From positions 736 through 64,735 of the forward strand of contig CAZWMG010000006.1 in assembly GCA_964634945.1 (NCBI GenBank): a stretch of DNA of 64,000 nucleotides. The letters are read 5' to 3'. The DNA comes from an uncultured Planctomycetia bacterium. Lineage in GTDB: Bacteria; Omnitrophota; Gorgyraeia; JABMRG01. Each line of letters begins with the position of its first letter. The first letter of the stretch is position 1. Positions 46,574 to 56,011 of the stretch are shown piece after piece. The notes beneath the pieces were generated by a model. It did not search any database, was not told where the DNA came from, and saw nothing but the letters and a program-made list of their open reading frames with translations. Position numbers and translations under genes: made by a program.

Positions 46574-48058
46574 CTAAAAATTCTTCCTGATTACCTTAAG
46601 AAACGCCTTTACAACAACAGGGTCAAACTGTGAACCGCTATTTGCCTTTATCTCCTTAATGGCTTTATCTTTGCGTATAGCTTTCCTGTAGGGCCTGTTT
46701 GATGTCATGGCTTCATAAGCATCCGCTACAGCTATGATCCTTGACTCAATAGGTATCTGCTGTCCTTTTAAGCCGTCTATGTAACCTTTTCCATCAAAAC
46801 GTTCATGTTCATGATAAACCACCGGTATAATATGCTTTAAGCGCGGGAGATGCTTAAGTATGGCAACCGCGTGCAGAGGATGCCTCTCTATTATCTCCCA
46901 CTCCTTATCCGTAAGTTTACCGGGCTTAAGCAGGACCCTGTCAGGTATGCCGATCTTTCCTATATCATGAAGCATGCTGGAAAGTCGGGTCTTTTCTATG
47001 GCCTCCTCTGAAAGCCTTAAGGCTTTTGCCAATGCAAGCGCGATCTTAGCTACTCTGCGGGAATGGCCATGTGTATAATGGTCGCGGGCGTCTATGGCCG
47101 CTGCTAACGATATAATGCTGCCCTCGTATAAAGCGTGGACCTCCTCAAAAAGCCGGCAATTGCTTATCGCTGTGCCTGCCTCATAAGCAAGAATTGACAA
47201 CAACTCAGCGTCCTCTTTATCAAATAATGGCTTATTGTGACGCTTAGCTAGATTTAAGACCCCTAAGACAGCGCCATCTGCCATAAGAGGTATGCTGAGA
47301 GCTGATTTTATGCCTAACCCACGCAGAAACTTCTTTGTATAGGCCGGTATCTTATAACCCTTGCTTATAACTATAGGCTTCGCGGTCTTGGCGACTTTTC
47401 CCGATATGCCGTGGCCGAGCCTTATTCGGGTATTAGTAGTTATCTTCTTAGGTATACCTAAAGAACTTTTTATGTGTAAATAACCATCTCTTTCTAAGAG
47501 CATAAGAGATGCCCTGTCAGAATTACTTTCAATAACAGCCGCCTCAAGAATAAGGTCACATAACTTATCCTGATTATTAACACTTATGAGTTTTTTGCCG
47601 TACTTCATTATAGTCTCAAGCCTCGCAAAATCTCTTCTCTTATATAAACCGGAGAAGCAGATAATAGAGCGGTCTATCTGGCTGACTATAAGATCTATGC
47701 TTGCTCTTCTCTTTTTAATCTCATCCACATACTTATTTGAGAGTAACTCGATAAGTATGCCGCGTAATATCATAAGCCCTTCTATGGCATCCGCGGCACT
47801 GGAGGCGCTTAGATAATCCTTAAATACAAGTTTCTTTATTATCAATTCACAGGATTTTGAATTCGGCTTTTCTATATCAGCGGCAAAGGCCTTTATATAC
47901 GCGTTCATTCCGCTGGCATGGACTTTTTTGGGGATTATATCTCTGTCTCTTTGATAGCCGGATATATTAAATATGGAGGAGGACCAGCGTTTTACTATAA
48001 CGCTGGTATTGCTTTTTAAGAATTGCGATATCTCTTTTCTTACCAACCTATTATGCAT
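46574..48058 (-). CDS. GAF-domain HD-GYP phosphodiesterase (c-di-GMP)
   Basis: 'HDIGKIGIPDRVLLKPGKLTDKEW' and 'HHEHERFDGKGYIDGL' are HD-GYP signatures. A GAF-like region lies upstream. Confidence 0.75.
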   Translation of the reverse strand: MHNRLVRKEISQFLKSNTSVIVKRWSSSIFNISGYQRDRDIIPKKVHASGMNAYIKAFAADIEKPNSKSCELIIKKLVFKDYLSASSAADAIEGLMILRGILIELLSNKYVDEIKKRRASIDLIVSQIDRSIICFSGLYKRRDFARLETIMKYGKKLISVNNQDKLCDLILEAAVIESNSDRASLMLLERDGYLHIKSSLGIPKKITTNTRIRLGHGISGKVAKTAKPIVISKGYKIPAYTKKFLRGLGIKSALSIPLMADGAVLGVLNLAKRHNKPLFDKEDAELLSILAYEAGTAISNCRLFEEVHALYEGSIISLAAAIDARDHYTHGHSRRVAKIALALAKALRLSEEAIEKTRLSSMLHDIGKIGIPDRVLLKPGKLTDKEWEIIERHPLHAVAILKHLPRLKHIIPVVYHEHERFDGKGYIDGLKGQQIPIESRIIAVADAYEAMTSNRPYRKAIRKDKAIKEIKANSGSQFDPVVVKAFLKVIRKNF

Positions 48059-48061
48059 ATA

Positions 48062-48724
48062 TTATTTTGGCATATTAGCAACAAAGCTATCTTTTATGCC
48101 CTCTCTCTTCTTTAATCTTTGAGCTAAATCGCTTGCTTTATTTCTATCGGCAAAACTGCCTGCGTATATTGTAAATTTATCTTTACCTGATGAATAAAAC
48201 GACTTATGAATAAAAGACTTATAGCCTTTCGCGTCCAGATCAGATCTTAGTTTTTCCGCGTCAGCAAGTTTGGCTGATACCGCGACCTGGACAGCGTAAT
48301 TGATCTTTCCTGTATTTCTGGCGCTAGCCCTAACCTTGGGCCTTGGCTGTCTTGCCTTATTATAAAAAATCTTTCTGATAACAGTCGCCGCAAGCAATAT
48401 GATAAAAAAAGCTATGACCGAAGATATAATTATAAGGCGTATCTTTTTCGCGCTTATGCCTTTTAACCTATCCAATCTTCTCTTGGCCTGCTCAAGCTCT
48501 ACTCTAAGCTCTGCTAATTCACCGCATATCTTTGATCTGTCTTGGTTAGAATCCTTATCTGAATCCAAGATCTCTTTTTGTATGCTCTTCTCCCTTTTCG
48601 ATAAGGCTCCTCCAAGAGCATCTGTGGATATCCCTACAGCGCTCCCGTATAACCTGTTCCTGATATCTTCTTCGGTTAAAGCGTTGAGTACGGGACTTTT
48701 TCTGGACTTAAAATTAAAAGCCAT
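48062..48724 (-). CDS. SPOR-domain protein
   Basis: C-terminal 'YAVQVAVSAKLADAEKLRSDLDAKGYKSFIHK...FTIYAGSFADRNKASDLAQRL' is a SPOR domain. Single TM. Confidence 0.6.
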   Translation of the reverse strand: MAFNFKSRKSPVLNALTEEDIRNRLYGSAVGISTDALGGALSKREKSIQKEILDSDKDSNQDRSKICGELAELRVELEQAKRRLDRLKGISAKKIRLIIISSVIAFFIILLAATVIRKIFYNKARQPRPKVRASARNTGKINYAVQVAVSAKLADAEKLRSDLDAKGYKSFIHKSFYSSGKDKFTIYAGSFADRNKASDLAQRLKKREGIKDSFVANMPK

Positions 48725-49117
48725 CTATGACAATACCTCTCTTAATGTTTGCGGCATGCGCTTAGGCTTGCCTGTCTTATCTGTAAAAACATGGACTGTC
48801 TCCGCTTCTGTCAATACATCCTTACCACGCGTCACCTTATAGGCAAAGGTAATACTGCTGTTTCCCAATTTAGTCACGCTGCAGGCTATATCAATAAGGT
48901 CATCATATCGCGCCGGCGATTTATAGCGGCACCTAACCTCCGAAACCATAAGGCGCAATCCTAGTTCCTCTTCTATGCCTCTATATGTATGGCCGATATC
49001 TCTTAAGAGTTCGGCCCTAGCCACTTCAAACCATACCAAATAGTTGGAATAATAGACAACCCCCATCTGGTCTGTCTCTTTGTAGCGAGCCCTCAATCTA
49101 GTTGTATATTCAATCAT
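48725..49117 (-). CDS. acyl-CoA thioesterase, YbgC/4HBT family
   Basis: 'RYKETDQMGVVYYSNYLVWFEVAR' is the hot-dog fold motif. Confidence 0.75.
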   Translation of the reverse strand: MIEYTTRLRARYKETDQMGVVYYSNYLVWFEVARAELLRDIGHTYRGIEEELGLRLMVSEVRCRYKSPARYDDLIDIACSVTKLGNSSITFAYKVTRGKDVLTEAETVHVFTDKTGKPKRMPQTLREVLS

Positions 49118-49165
49118 ACTATATTTTTATAAATTAAACGCTATCCTATTCACATATTCGGATTT

Positions 49166-49395
49166 AGTATTAAGTTGTAAGCATTAAGCAACAAGCCTAA
49201 TCCTTAAATTCTAAATCCTAAGTTCTAAACTCTAAACAATATTAAATTACCAAAATCCAAATGTTCAAAAAAAAGTTTTGAATTCTAGAAATTAGAATTT
49301 TGAATTTGTTTAGGATTTAGATATTAGAGTTTAGGATTTATTATTTACCTCTTTTCCTTTTCCTTCACCTTTACCTAGTATCTTGTATCTAGCAT
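49166..49395. repeat. MITE-like palindromic repeat, copy B
   Basis: 'gtaagcattaagcaacaagcctaatccttaaattctaaatcctaagttctaaactctaaac...tttgaatttgtttaggatttagatattagagtttaggattt...cacctttacctag'. It is the inverted counterpart of copy C. Confidence 0.8.
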
Positions 49396-49402
49396 CCAGT
49401 AT

Positions 49403-49888
49403 CTAGTGTATCTTATAATGAAGTAGAACTATCTCTATATCATTAAAAGGAAATCGCTCTTTTTCAACAAAGCCTTTCTTCTCCTGCAAAAGCTTAATAG
49501 CCGCCTCCATCCTTGATGTTGCTCTGAAAACCACTTGTTTGTATCCGTTCATCTTACAAAAATCCAGGGCAGTGTCAACTAGCATAGATCCTATCTGCCT
49601 GCCCCTGTGGCTTGAATGAACAAATAATCTCCTCAAGAGAGCCGTAGAATCACTATCCTCTTTGATGCCGATAGTGCCTATCACTTCATCATCTTCCTGT
49701 ACCACTAAAAACTTTTCTCTTAGGGCTCCATACGCGTCTGATATGCTCTTTAAGTCCCCATACTGATATGCCTTCTCCTCAACAGGGTACTCTTTATTCA
49801 TAATCGAGCTGATCAGAGACTTAACGCTTGATATATCTGTTGGGTGAAATGATCTTATCTCCATTACCTCTCTCCTTAATGAGGTCAC
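49403..49888 (-). CDS. GNAT-family N-acetyltransferase
   Basis: 'LRRLFVHSSHRGRQIGSMLVDTALDFCKMNGY' is the acetyl-CoA binding motif (R/Q-x-x-G-x-G/A). Confidence 0.75.
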   Translation of the reverse strand: MTSLRREVMEIRSFHPTDISSVKSLISSIMNKEYPVEEKAYQYGDLKSISDAYGALREKFLVVQEDDEVIGTIGIKEDSDSTALLRRLFVHSSHRGRQIGSMLVDTALDFCKMNGYKQVVFRATSRMEAAIKLLQEKKGFVEKERFPFNDIEIVLLHYKIH

Positions 49889-50171
49889 AACTTAGACCTG
49901 CCTGCCGGCAGGCAGGGAACAAGGTGAACTAAGTTGTTTGACCGAATTAACCCCGTACCCAAGCCTGGCGTCTAAATGCACACTTCGCAGGCGAGTGGTG
50001 TCGAGGTAACGACTACCCACAACTTAGAAAACAAAGTTGTATGAGCAAATTAACCTATGAATCCTATAAAAGTCTAACTTCTAATATATTATTAAATTAT
50101 CACAATGTCAATAAAATTGGCATTTTAACAATTATTTTTATTCTCTTCTACCCACAAGCGCTTAAAAATTG

Positions 50172-51263
50172 CTATTTTAAGCGCCTTAAAATTGCTGACT
50201 TTATAACCTCGCGCGGCACCTGATCGCATACTACTACATGGCCTATATCTACAGGTAAGATCCAACGCTTCTTTCCCCTTACAATCTTTTTGTCATATGA
50301 AGTGGCCATTAGAACATCTTCAGGAGATATGCCTTTAACGAAAACAGGCAGCCCTACCTGCTTTATCAAGGCTTCTACACGTCCGGCTATCGAGGCTTTT
50401 GTCATTTTCAGTGCAAGCGCAATATCAAAAGCAGCGATCATGCCTATTCCGATGGCTTCTCCATGATTAATCGATCTCTTATATGAAGATGCCGCTTCAA
50501 TAGCGTGGCCTATGGTGTGACCGAAATTCAATATCGACCTATAACCAAGCTTTTCGTGCTCATCAGCCGCTACAACCTCTGCCTTTAATTTGCCACAACG
50601 CGCAACCATGTATTCTGTAGGTGCCTTGTTAAAATTAATTATTTTAGAGGCGTTTTTCTCAAGATAATTAAAAAATTTATTATCAAGTATAACGCCATAT
50701 TTAATTATCTCTGCCAGTCCATTACGTATCTGACGCTTAGGTAGGCTCTTGATAACAGAGACATCTGCTATAACAACCTTTGGCTGGTAAAACGAACCTA
50801 CAAGGTTTTTCGCGAAATCTAAATCTATAGCGACCTTACCGCCTATAGCGGAATCTACCTGCGCTAGAAGCGTTGTCGGAATCTGGACAAAACCTACACC
50901 ACGGCGGTATGTAGAAGCGACAAACCCCGCAAGATCCCCTACTACCCCTCCGCCAAGAGCTATGACGCAGGCCCCCTTGCCCTTATCAAATCTGGCGAGG
51001 CTCTTAAGAACCCTGAACCAGCTTAGATAAGATTTGGCATTTTCTGAATCAGGGACCATGCAAAACGTAAAATCCATTCCGGATGCAGCGATAGACCTGC
51101 CTAGCCTATCCCCGTAAAGAGACATTATCTTTTTATTAGTTACTATAAAACAGGCCTTTGCGATATTTAAAGACCTTATTATCCTTCCCGCGTTAGAGAG
51201 TGCCCCTGCCTCTATGCAAATATTGTAGCTTTCCTTACCGAGATCAACTTTTACCTTGTTCAT
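50172..51263 (-). CDS. aroB: 3-dehydroquinate synthase
   Basis: 'ALGGGVVGDLAGFVASTYRRGVGFVQIPTTLLAQVDSAIGGKVAIDL' is the AroB signature. Confidence 0.85.
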   Translation of the reverse strand: MNKVKVDLGKESYNICIEAGALSNAGRIIRSLNIAKACFIVTNKKIMSLYGDRLGRSIAASGMDFTFCMVPDSENAKSYLSWFRVLKSLARFDKGKGACVIALGGGVVGDLAGFVASTYRRGVGFVQIPTTLLAQVDSAIGGKVAIDLDFAKNLVGSFYQPKVVIADVSVIKSLPKRQIRNGLAEIIKYGVILDNKFFNYLEKNASKIINFNKAPTEYMVARCGKLKAEVVAADEHEKLGYRSILNFGHTIGHAIEAASSYKRSINHGEAIGIGMIAAFDIALALKMTKASIAGRVEALIKQVGLPVFVKGISPEDVLMATSYDKKIVRGKKRWILPVDIGHVVVCDQVPREVIKSAILRRLK

Positions 51264-51324
51264 TGAGACGCTCCTTTATATATTAGTTTAAGTATAGCAA
51301 CATAAATATAAGCTGTCAAGAAAG

Positions 51325-51565
51325 GATAAAGAAAAAAAGTATAAAGTAAAAAGGATAAAGGAAAAGAGGTAAATAATAAATCCTAAACTCTAATATCTAA
51401 ATCCTAAACAAATTCAAAATTCTAATTTCTAGAATTCAAAACTTTTTTTTGAACATTTGGATTTTGGTAATTTAATATTGTTTAGAGTTTAGAACTTAGG
51501 ATTTAGAATTTAAGGATTAGGCTTGTTGCTTAATGCTTACAACTTAATACTAAATTCGAATATAT
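51325..51565. repeat. MITE-like palindromic repeat, copy C (inverted relative to B)
   Basis: 'aaaggataaag...aaatcctaaactctaatatctaaatcctaaac...caaaactttttttt gaacatttg...ttagagtttagaacttaggatttagaatttaaggattaggcttgttgcttaatgcttacaactt' is the reverse complement of copy B. Confidence 0.8.
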
Positions 51566-51587
51566 AAATAGAATAGCGGTTTTGGAT

Positions 51588-52211
51588 TTAGAAGGAGATA
51601 TTTATGCCTAGATACTTTACAACAATAAGCATGGCGCCATATATTAGTCTTCTTAGCATGCCTGTCCATAAAAGCAGGATTATAATAAGAAAACCATATG
51701 GCTGGATCTTGTTATACGCGGCGAGATACTGATATGGCAGCAGGGCGCTGACGATACGTGAACCATCAAGTGGGGGTATTGGGATCAGGTTAAATACAGC
51801 CAAGATAACATTGATAATAATGCCAAAAAATATAGCCTGTCCAAAGATTGTATGAACCAGCATAGGAAAAAGCTTTATCAGGATGCTTAAAATCGCGGCT
51901 AATAAAAAATTAGCAGCCGGCCCAGCCAAGCCCACCCAAAGCATATCACGCTTAGGATTTCTTAGGCTCATAAAATCTACAGGCACGGGCTTTGCCCAAC
52001 CTATCGGTGGAATATGCGCTATAGTAAGAAGCAAAGGCAGGATTATAGTTCCAAAAGGGTCTATATGCGCGATCGGGTTTAAGGTAAGACGCCCCATGTA
52101 TTTAGCTGTCGGATCGCCTAACCTATAGGCGACAAGGCCATGGGCATATTCATGTATAGTTATAGCAAATATTAGAATTACAAATTGCAGTATAATGTAA
52201 TGGACCATCAC
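51588..52211 (-). CDS. site-2 protease (peptidase M50) family membrane metalloprotease
   Basis: 'AITIHEYAHGLVAYRLGD' (HExxH) within a polytopic membrane protein, followed by 'NLIPIPPLDGSRI'. Confidence 0.7.
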   Translation of the reverse strand: MMVHYIILQFVILIFAITIHEYAHGLVAYRLGDPTAKYMGRLTLNPIAHIDPFGTIILPLLLTIAHIPPIGWAKPVPVDFMSLRNPKRDMLWVGLAGPAANFLLAAILSILIKLFPMLVHTIFGQAIFFGIIINVILAVFNLIPIPPLDGSRIVSALLPYQYLAAYNKIQPYGFLIIILLLWTGMLRRLIYGAMLIVVKYLGINISF

Positions 52212-52232
52212 TTATGACCCTTAAAAAAATAT

Positions 52233-52553
52233 CTACTTTATCGTAGATCCGGCAGGCAGGCCCTTATCAAGAGTTAAGATCGAAAGCATCTCACTATCAC
52301 TCGCGGCAAGCAGCATGCCGTTAGATTCCACGCCTCTTATTACGGCAGGTTCAAGATTTACAATAACCGCTACATTTTTACCTATAAGCTCTTCAGGCGT
52401 ATAGTGTTTTTTTATGCCTGCGACTACCTGCCTCTTTTCACTGCCTAAATCGATATCAACCACATAGAGTTTATCAGCGTCGGGATGGTCTTTCACACTC
52501 AGTATGGTCGCTGTCTTTATCTCTACTTTTTTAAACTCATCAAATGTTATCAT
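52233..52553 (-). CDS. tRNA-binding domain protein (CsaA/Myf-like)
   Basis: 'FKKVEIKTATILSVKDHPDADKLYVVDIDLG...VVAGI' is the EMAP/Myf tRNA-binding OB fold. Confidence 0.7.
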   Translation of the reverse strand: MITFDEFKKVEIKTATILSVKDHPDADKLYVVDIDLGSEKRQVVAGIKKHYTPEELIGKNVAVIVNLEPAVIRGVESNGMLLAASDSEMLSILTLDKGLPAGSTIK

Positions 52554-52586
52554 AAGATCACCGCAAACGGACTAAATAGCATAAGT

Positions 52587-52868
52587 TTATTTCTTACCTT
52601 TTTCTTTTGGTGCTTCCTTGGCCTTATCTTCAGCTACGGGAGCATCCGCGGGAGCAGCCGCATCAGTAGTTTCTTCGCCTTCTGCCGCCTCTTTCTTCTC
52701 CTTCTTAAACTTCAACTTCACCACCTTTACCTTAGGAAGGCCAAAGATAGAGTCCTTGTCTTCTTCCCATTTTTCTTCCTTTTGAAGAAGTAAAAGCCTG
52801 GCAAGGCGCTTTAGTACGCTCTTTTGCTGCTTGCCTTTTCCACTCTTGAAACTCGGATGAACTGACAT
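52587..52868 (-). CDS. small Lys/Glu-rich hypothetical protein
   Basis: 93-aa ORF of highly charged low complexity. No recognisable domain. Confidence 0.3.
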   Translation of the reverse strand: MSVHPSFKSGKGKQQKSVLKRLARLLLLQKEEKWEEDKDSIFGLPKVKVVKLKFKKEKKEAAEGEETTDAAAPADAPVAEDKAKEAPKEKGKK

Positions 52869-52884
52869 TTTTATTACCTCCTGA

Positions 52885-53451
52885 TTAAATTTTTCTTACC
52901 AGACAATCGGAATATTGCTTGCGCAGCCTCTTCATCTCTGAATCAGCATCCTCTTTATCCCTGAACTTGCCTATGCACATAATATAATAACTTCCCTTAT
53001 GTAACGCGAAAGCCTCGTAACCCTCAGATTTGAGCTTATCTACACGCCCTTTCGCGAAACTCTCACTCGTATAAGAAGCTACTTGAACCGTATAACCCGG
53101 AAGAGGCTTTTCCTCATACTCCGACAACAACTCGTCTTCGCTTTCTTTTTTTACAACCGCGTCCTCGGCATGCTCATCTGTTTTTGATAAAACTATCTTT
53201 TCCGTATCTTTTTTCGCGTCTTGGGCAAAAGATGCTCTTTTCAAACGAACAGATTTGCCTCTTTCAACACCTAATGAAAAGACTATGATAGAGAATACGA
53301 TTAACCCGATAGCTATAAACGCGATATGTTCATATAGGAGCGTTATCGCTCTCTTAGACTTATTTTCAAACAGATTTTTTGGATACCTTCTTTTTTCAGG
53401 ACTTCCAAACTCTTCAAAAAGCTCTTTCTGGACCTGTCTCTTCTCATCCAT
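52885..53451 (-). CDS. SPOR-domain membrane protein
   Basis: Single TM plus C-terminal 'YTVQVASYTSESFAKGRVDKLKSEGYEAFALHKGSYYIMCIGKF' SPOR domain. Confidence 0.55.
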   Translation of the reverse strand: MDEKRQVQKELFEEFGSPEKRRYPKNLFENKSKRAITLLYEHIAFIAIGLIVFSIIVFSLGVERGKSVRLKRASFAQDAKKDTEKIVLSKTDEHAEDAVVKKESEDELLSEYEEKPLPGYTVQVASYTSESFAKGRVDKLKSEGYEAFALHKGSYYIMCIGKFRDKEDADSEMKRLRKQYSDCLVRKI

Positions 53452-53539
53452 AATCTAATCTCTTATTCTTTCATGTAAAGCATTGTATTATAACACAATA
53501 AATGAGCAATACAAATAAAAAAACGCTATCTCTGCGTTT

Positions 53540-53760
53540 AGTCGTAAGTTGTAAGTATTAAGTACTAAACCCAATCTTTAAATTCTAAATCCTAAGTTCT
53601 AAACTCTAAACAATATCAAATTACCAAAATCTAAATGTCCAAAACGAAAGTTTTGAATTTTGAAAATTAGAATTTTGAATTTGTTTAGGATTTAGATATT
53701 AGAGTTTAGGATTTATTATTTACCTCTTTTTCTTCACCTTCACCTTTACCTAGTTCATAG
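53540..53760. repeat. MITE-like palindromic repeat, copy D
   Basis: 'gtaagttgtaagtattaagtactaaac...taaattctaaatcctaagttctaaactctaaac...tttgaatttgtttaggatttagatattagagtttaggattt...cacctttacctag', in the same orientation as copy B. Confidence 0.8.
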
Positions 53761-53763
53761 CAT

Positions 53764-54468
53764 CTATCGTACCGTAAGCTTAAATAAATCCGTATTTATG
53801 CTGATAGAGGGGTTGTCCGTACTCCCTGATACATACAGATCTACTTCTGAAAATTGCCCGTTTGTCTTAAAAAATACTTTTCTTACACTATCAGGTATGC
53901 CGGAAGTTAATTCATTAGATAGGATAAGCTTAAAACTATAGCCTATCTCCTTACCGCGTATCGAACCGTCTGCAAAGACCTTTAGCAACTTTCCTTCCGC
54001 GTGAAGCGCGTTTATAGTGATGTCTTCTCTGCTTATATAAAGCTTTCCTTTAACATAATCAAAACTAAGAACATCCAAAGGCTTAATAGACAACGTATCC
54101 GCTATCCCATCTATAATCTTTGAATCCGGATAAGAAAGCTTGAGGTCCTTCATATTGAATGTCAAATGTATCCTCATCGCCAGAAAAGATGATGCCTCAA
54201 TGTGCAAAATCACTTCTCCTACAGCACAATTAAGCCCCTTATTATTGGCTATGTTTAAGCCTTCTATATCTATTCTTGGCCCTAGTCCTAAATTAAAATT
54301 CTCTGTAGTTACCTTGGCATCTAGCTTGTTGGAGAGATATGCTACTAATAGCCTCTCGCTTAATAGATTACGAAAATATACAAGCGATGAAAGCAATAAA
54401 ATAATAATAACTACGATTGATATATAAGTCTTTTTCATCTTCAACCTTTGTAACTTTTGTAACCACAC
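53764..54468 (-). CDS. membrane-anchored hypothetical protein
   Basis: N-terminal anchor 'ISIVVIIILLLSSLVYF'. No clear domain. Confidence 0.4.
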   Translation of the reverse strand: MWLQKLQRLKMKKTYISIVVIIILLLSSLVYFRNLLSERLLVAYLSNKLDAKVTTENFNLGLGPRIDIEGLNIANNKGLNCAVGEVILHIEASSFLAMRIHLTFNMKDLKLSYPDSKIIDGIADTLSIKPLDVLSFDYVKGKLYISREDITINALHAEGKLLKVFADGSIRGKEIGYSFKLILSNELTSGIPDSVRKVFFKTNGQFSEVDLYVSGSTDNPSISINTDLFKLTVR

Positions 54469-54484
54469 TCTATTTGTTCTTATA

Positions 54485-56011
54485 TTACAGCGGTTTTTTA
54501 AGCTCCTCAGAGTGTTTTCTCATCAACTGCTCAAGCCTGCCATCCTTAGCAAGCAATACAAGGACCTTCACTATATCCGGATCGAACTGCTTTCCTGATT
54601 GTCGACGCACTTCTGATACAACCATGCGAAAAGGTATAGGCTCACGATATGGCCTGTAACAGACCATGGCCTCAAAGGCATCCGCTATAGCCATAATACG
54701 CGCGCCCAAAGGTATCTTTTCTCCTTTTAACCTGTCTGGGTAGCCTGTACCATCATACTTTTCATGGTGATGCAGTATTATAGGTATTACAGGCTTTAAT
54801 ACATCGAGATACTTAAGCGCCTCAATGCCCTTTACTGTATGGGTCTTTAACATCTTACGCTCTTTTCCACTTAAACCTTTTTTCTTCTGGAGCGTCTCTT
54901 CGGGGATAACCAGCTTTCCGAGATCAGGCATAAGAGCGGAATATTGAATGATCTTAAGTTCCTTTTTTGTCAGGCCCAATTCTCTGCCAAGCTCAATTAT
55001 CAGATCCTCAAAAAGGCCTGTGTGAGTATAGAGCCTTGGAAATTTTGCGTCCAGAAGATAGCCTAAAGATTTTATAGTGCCCGCTGTCAGGTCTTCCTGC
55101 TCCTTGTAGAGCTGCGCGTTTCCTATAGCGATTACAGCCTGCTCCGCGAGAGTCGTAAGTATCTCACGGTCAAATATCGTAAAATTATCAGCGCCTATCT
55201 TATCTTTGATAGTTATAACCCCGCATATCTCTTCATCCACAAGAGGCACGCTAAGGAGATTATCCTTATAAATGGATCTGCCATAACAAGCGACTTTTTT
55301 CTCAAATGGCGTTGGCTTTGTGTTAAGCTTAAATACATCACTGCTCTTTCTGTAATCAACCGAGGTAACGCAGGCGAGTTTGCTTGTCTCCTGGTCTATC
55401 ATGCATATTCGCACTCTCTCCGCTTTTAATACCTGCAGACTAAGACGCGCTATCCTGGGAAAGAGCTCCTTAAGATCCAGCGTAGAACTGATTAGGCGAT
55501 GGATAGTATGCACTGTAGATAAGGCTATCGCGCGGGGCCTTACGAGCTCATAGAGCCTGGTGAGCTCTTTTTCCCTGCTCATCTCCTTAATAATTATATC
55601 TACATAACCCGCAAGGATATCAAGAAGCGCGGGATCAGGTTTGACCTTAAGGTCATATACACCAAAGAAGCCGACACATTTTCCCTGCCTTTCAATAGGC
55701 GCGGCTATCCCATATGTATTATTTAAACTGGCTTCAAAAAAAACAGGGAACTTAGACTTCTCTGCCTGACTCATGGCCCTTAGAATGTTCTTCTTATAAT
55801 CAGCGAGAGAAAGATAGTCTTCCACGCCCCTGGCCCTCTTTAAACGTGTAATCGGCAGAATACTTCCGGGGCTTCTTTTATCCGCTACCCACCACATAGG
55901 CCTATGTAGAAATTTATCAAAGGCATCTTTTAAATCTCTGTAACCTGTGTTTTCAAGCAGAGAATGAAAGAAACTTTTATTCTTTGCTGATTTTCCTATT
56001 CGCTTCATCAT
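54485..56011 (-). CDS. GAF-domain HD-GYP phosphodiesterase (second copy)
   Basis: 'HHHEKYDGTGYPDRLKGEKIPLGARIMAIADAFEAM' plus an upstream GAF-like region. Confidence 0.75.
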   Translation of the reverse strand: MMKRIGKSAKNKSFFHSLLENTGYRDLKDAFDKFLHRPMWWVADKRSPGSILPITRLKRARGVEDYLSLADYKKNILRAMSQAEKSKFPVFFEASLNNTYGIAAPIERQGKCVGFFGVYDLKVKPDPALLDILAGYVDIIIKEMSREKELTRLYELVRPRAIALSTVHTIHRLISSTLDLKELFPRIARLSLQVLKAERVRICMIDQETSKLACVTSVDYRKSSDVFKLNTKPTPFEKKVACYGRSIYKDNLLSVPLVDEEICGVITIKDKIGADNFTIFDREILTTLAEQAVIAIGNAQLYKEQEDLTAGTIKSLGYLLDAKFPRLYTHTGLFEDLIIELGRELGLTKKELKIIQYSALMPDLGKLVIPEETLQKKKGLSGKERKMLKTHTVKGIEALKYLDVLKPVIPIILHHHEKYDGTGYPDRLKGEKIPLGARIMAIADAFEAMVCYRPYREPIPFRMVVSEVRRQSGKQFDPDIVKVLVLLAKDGRLEQLMRKHSEELKKPL

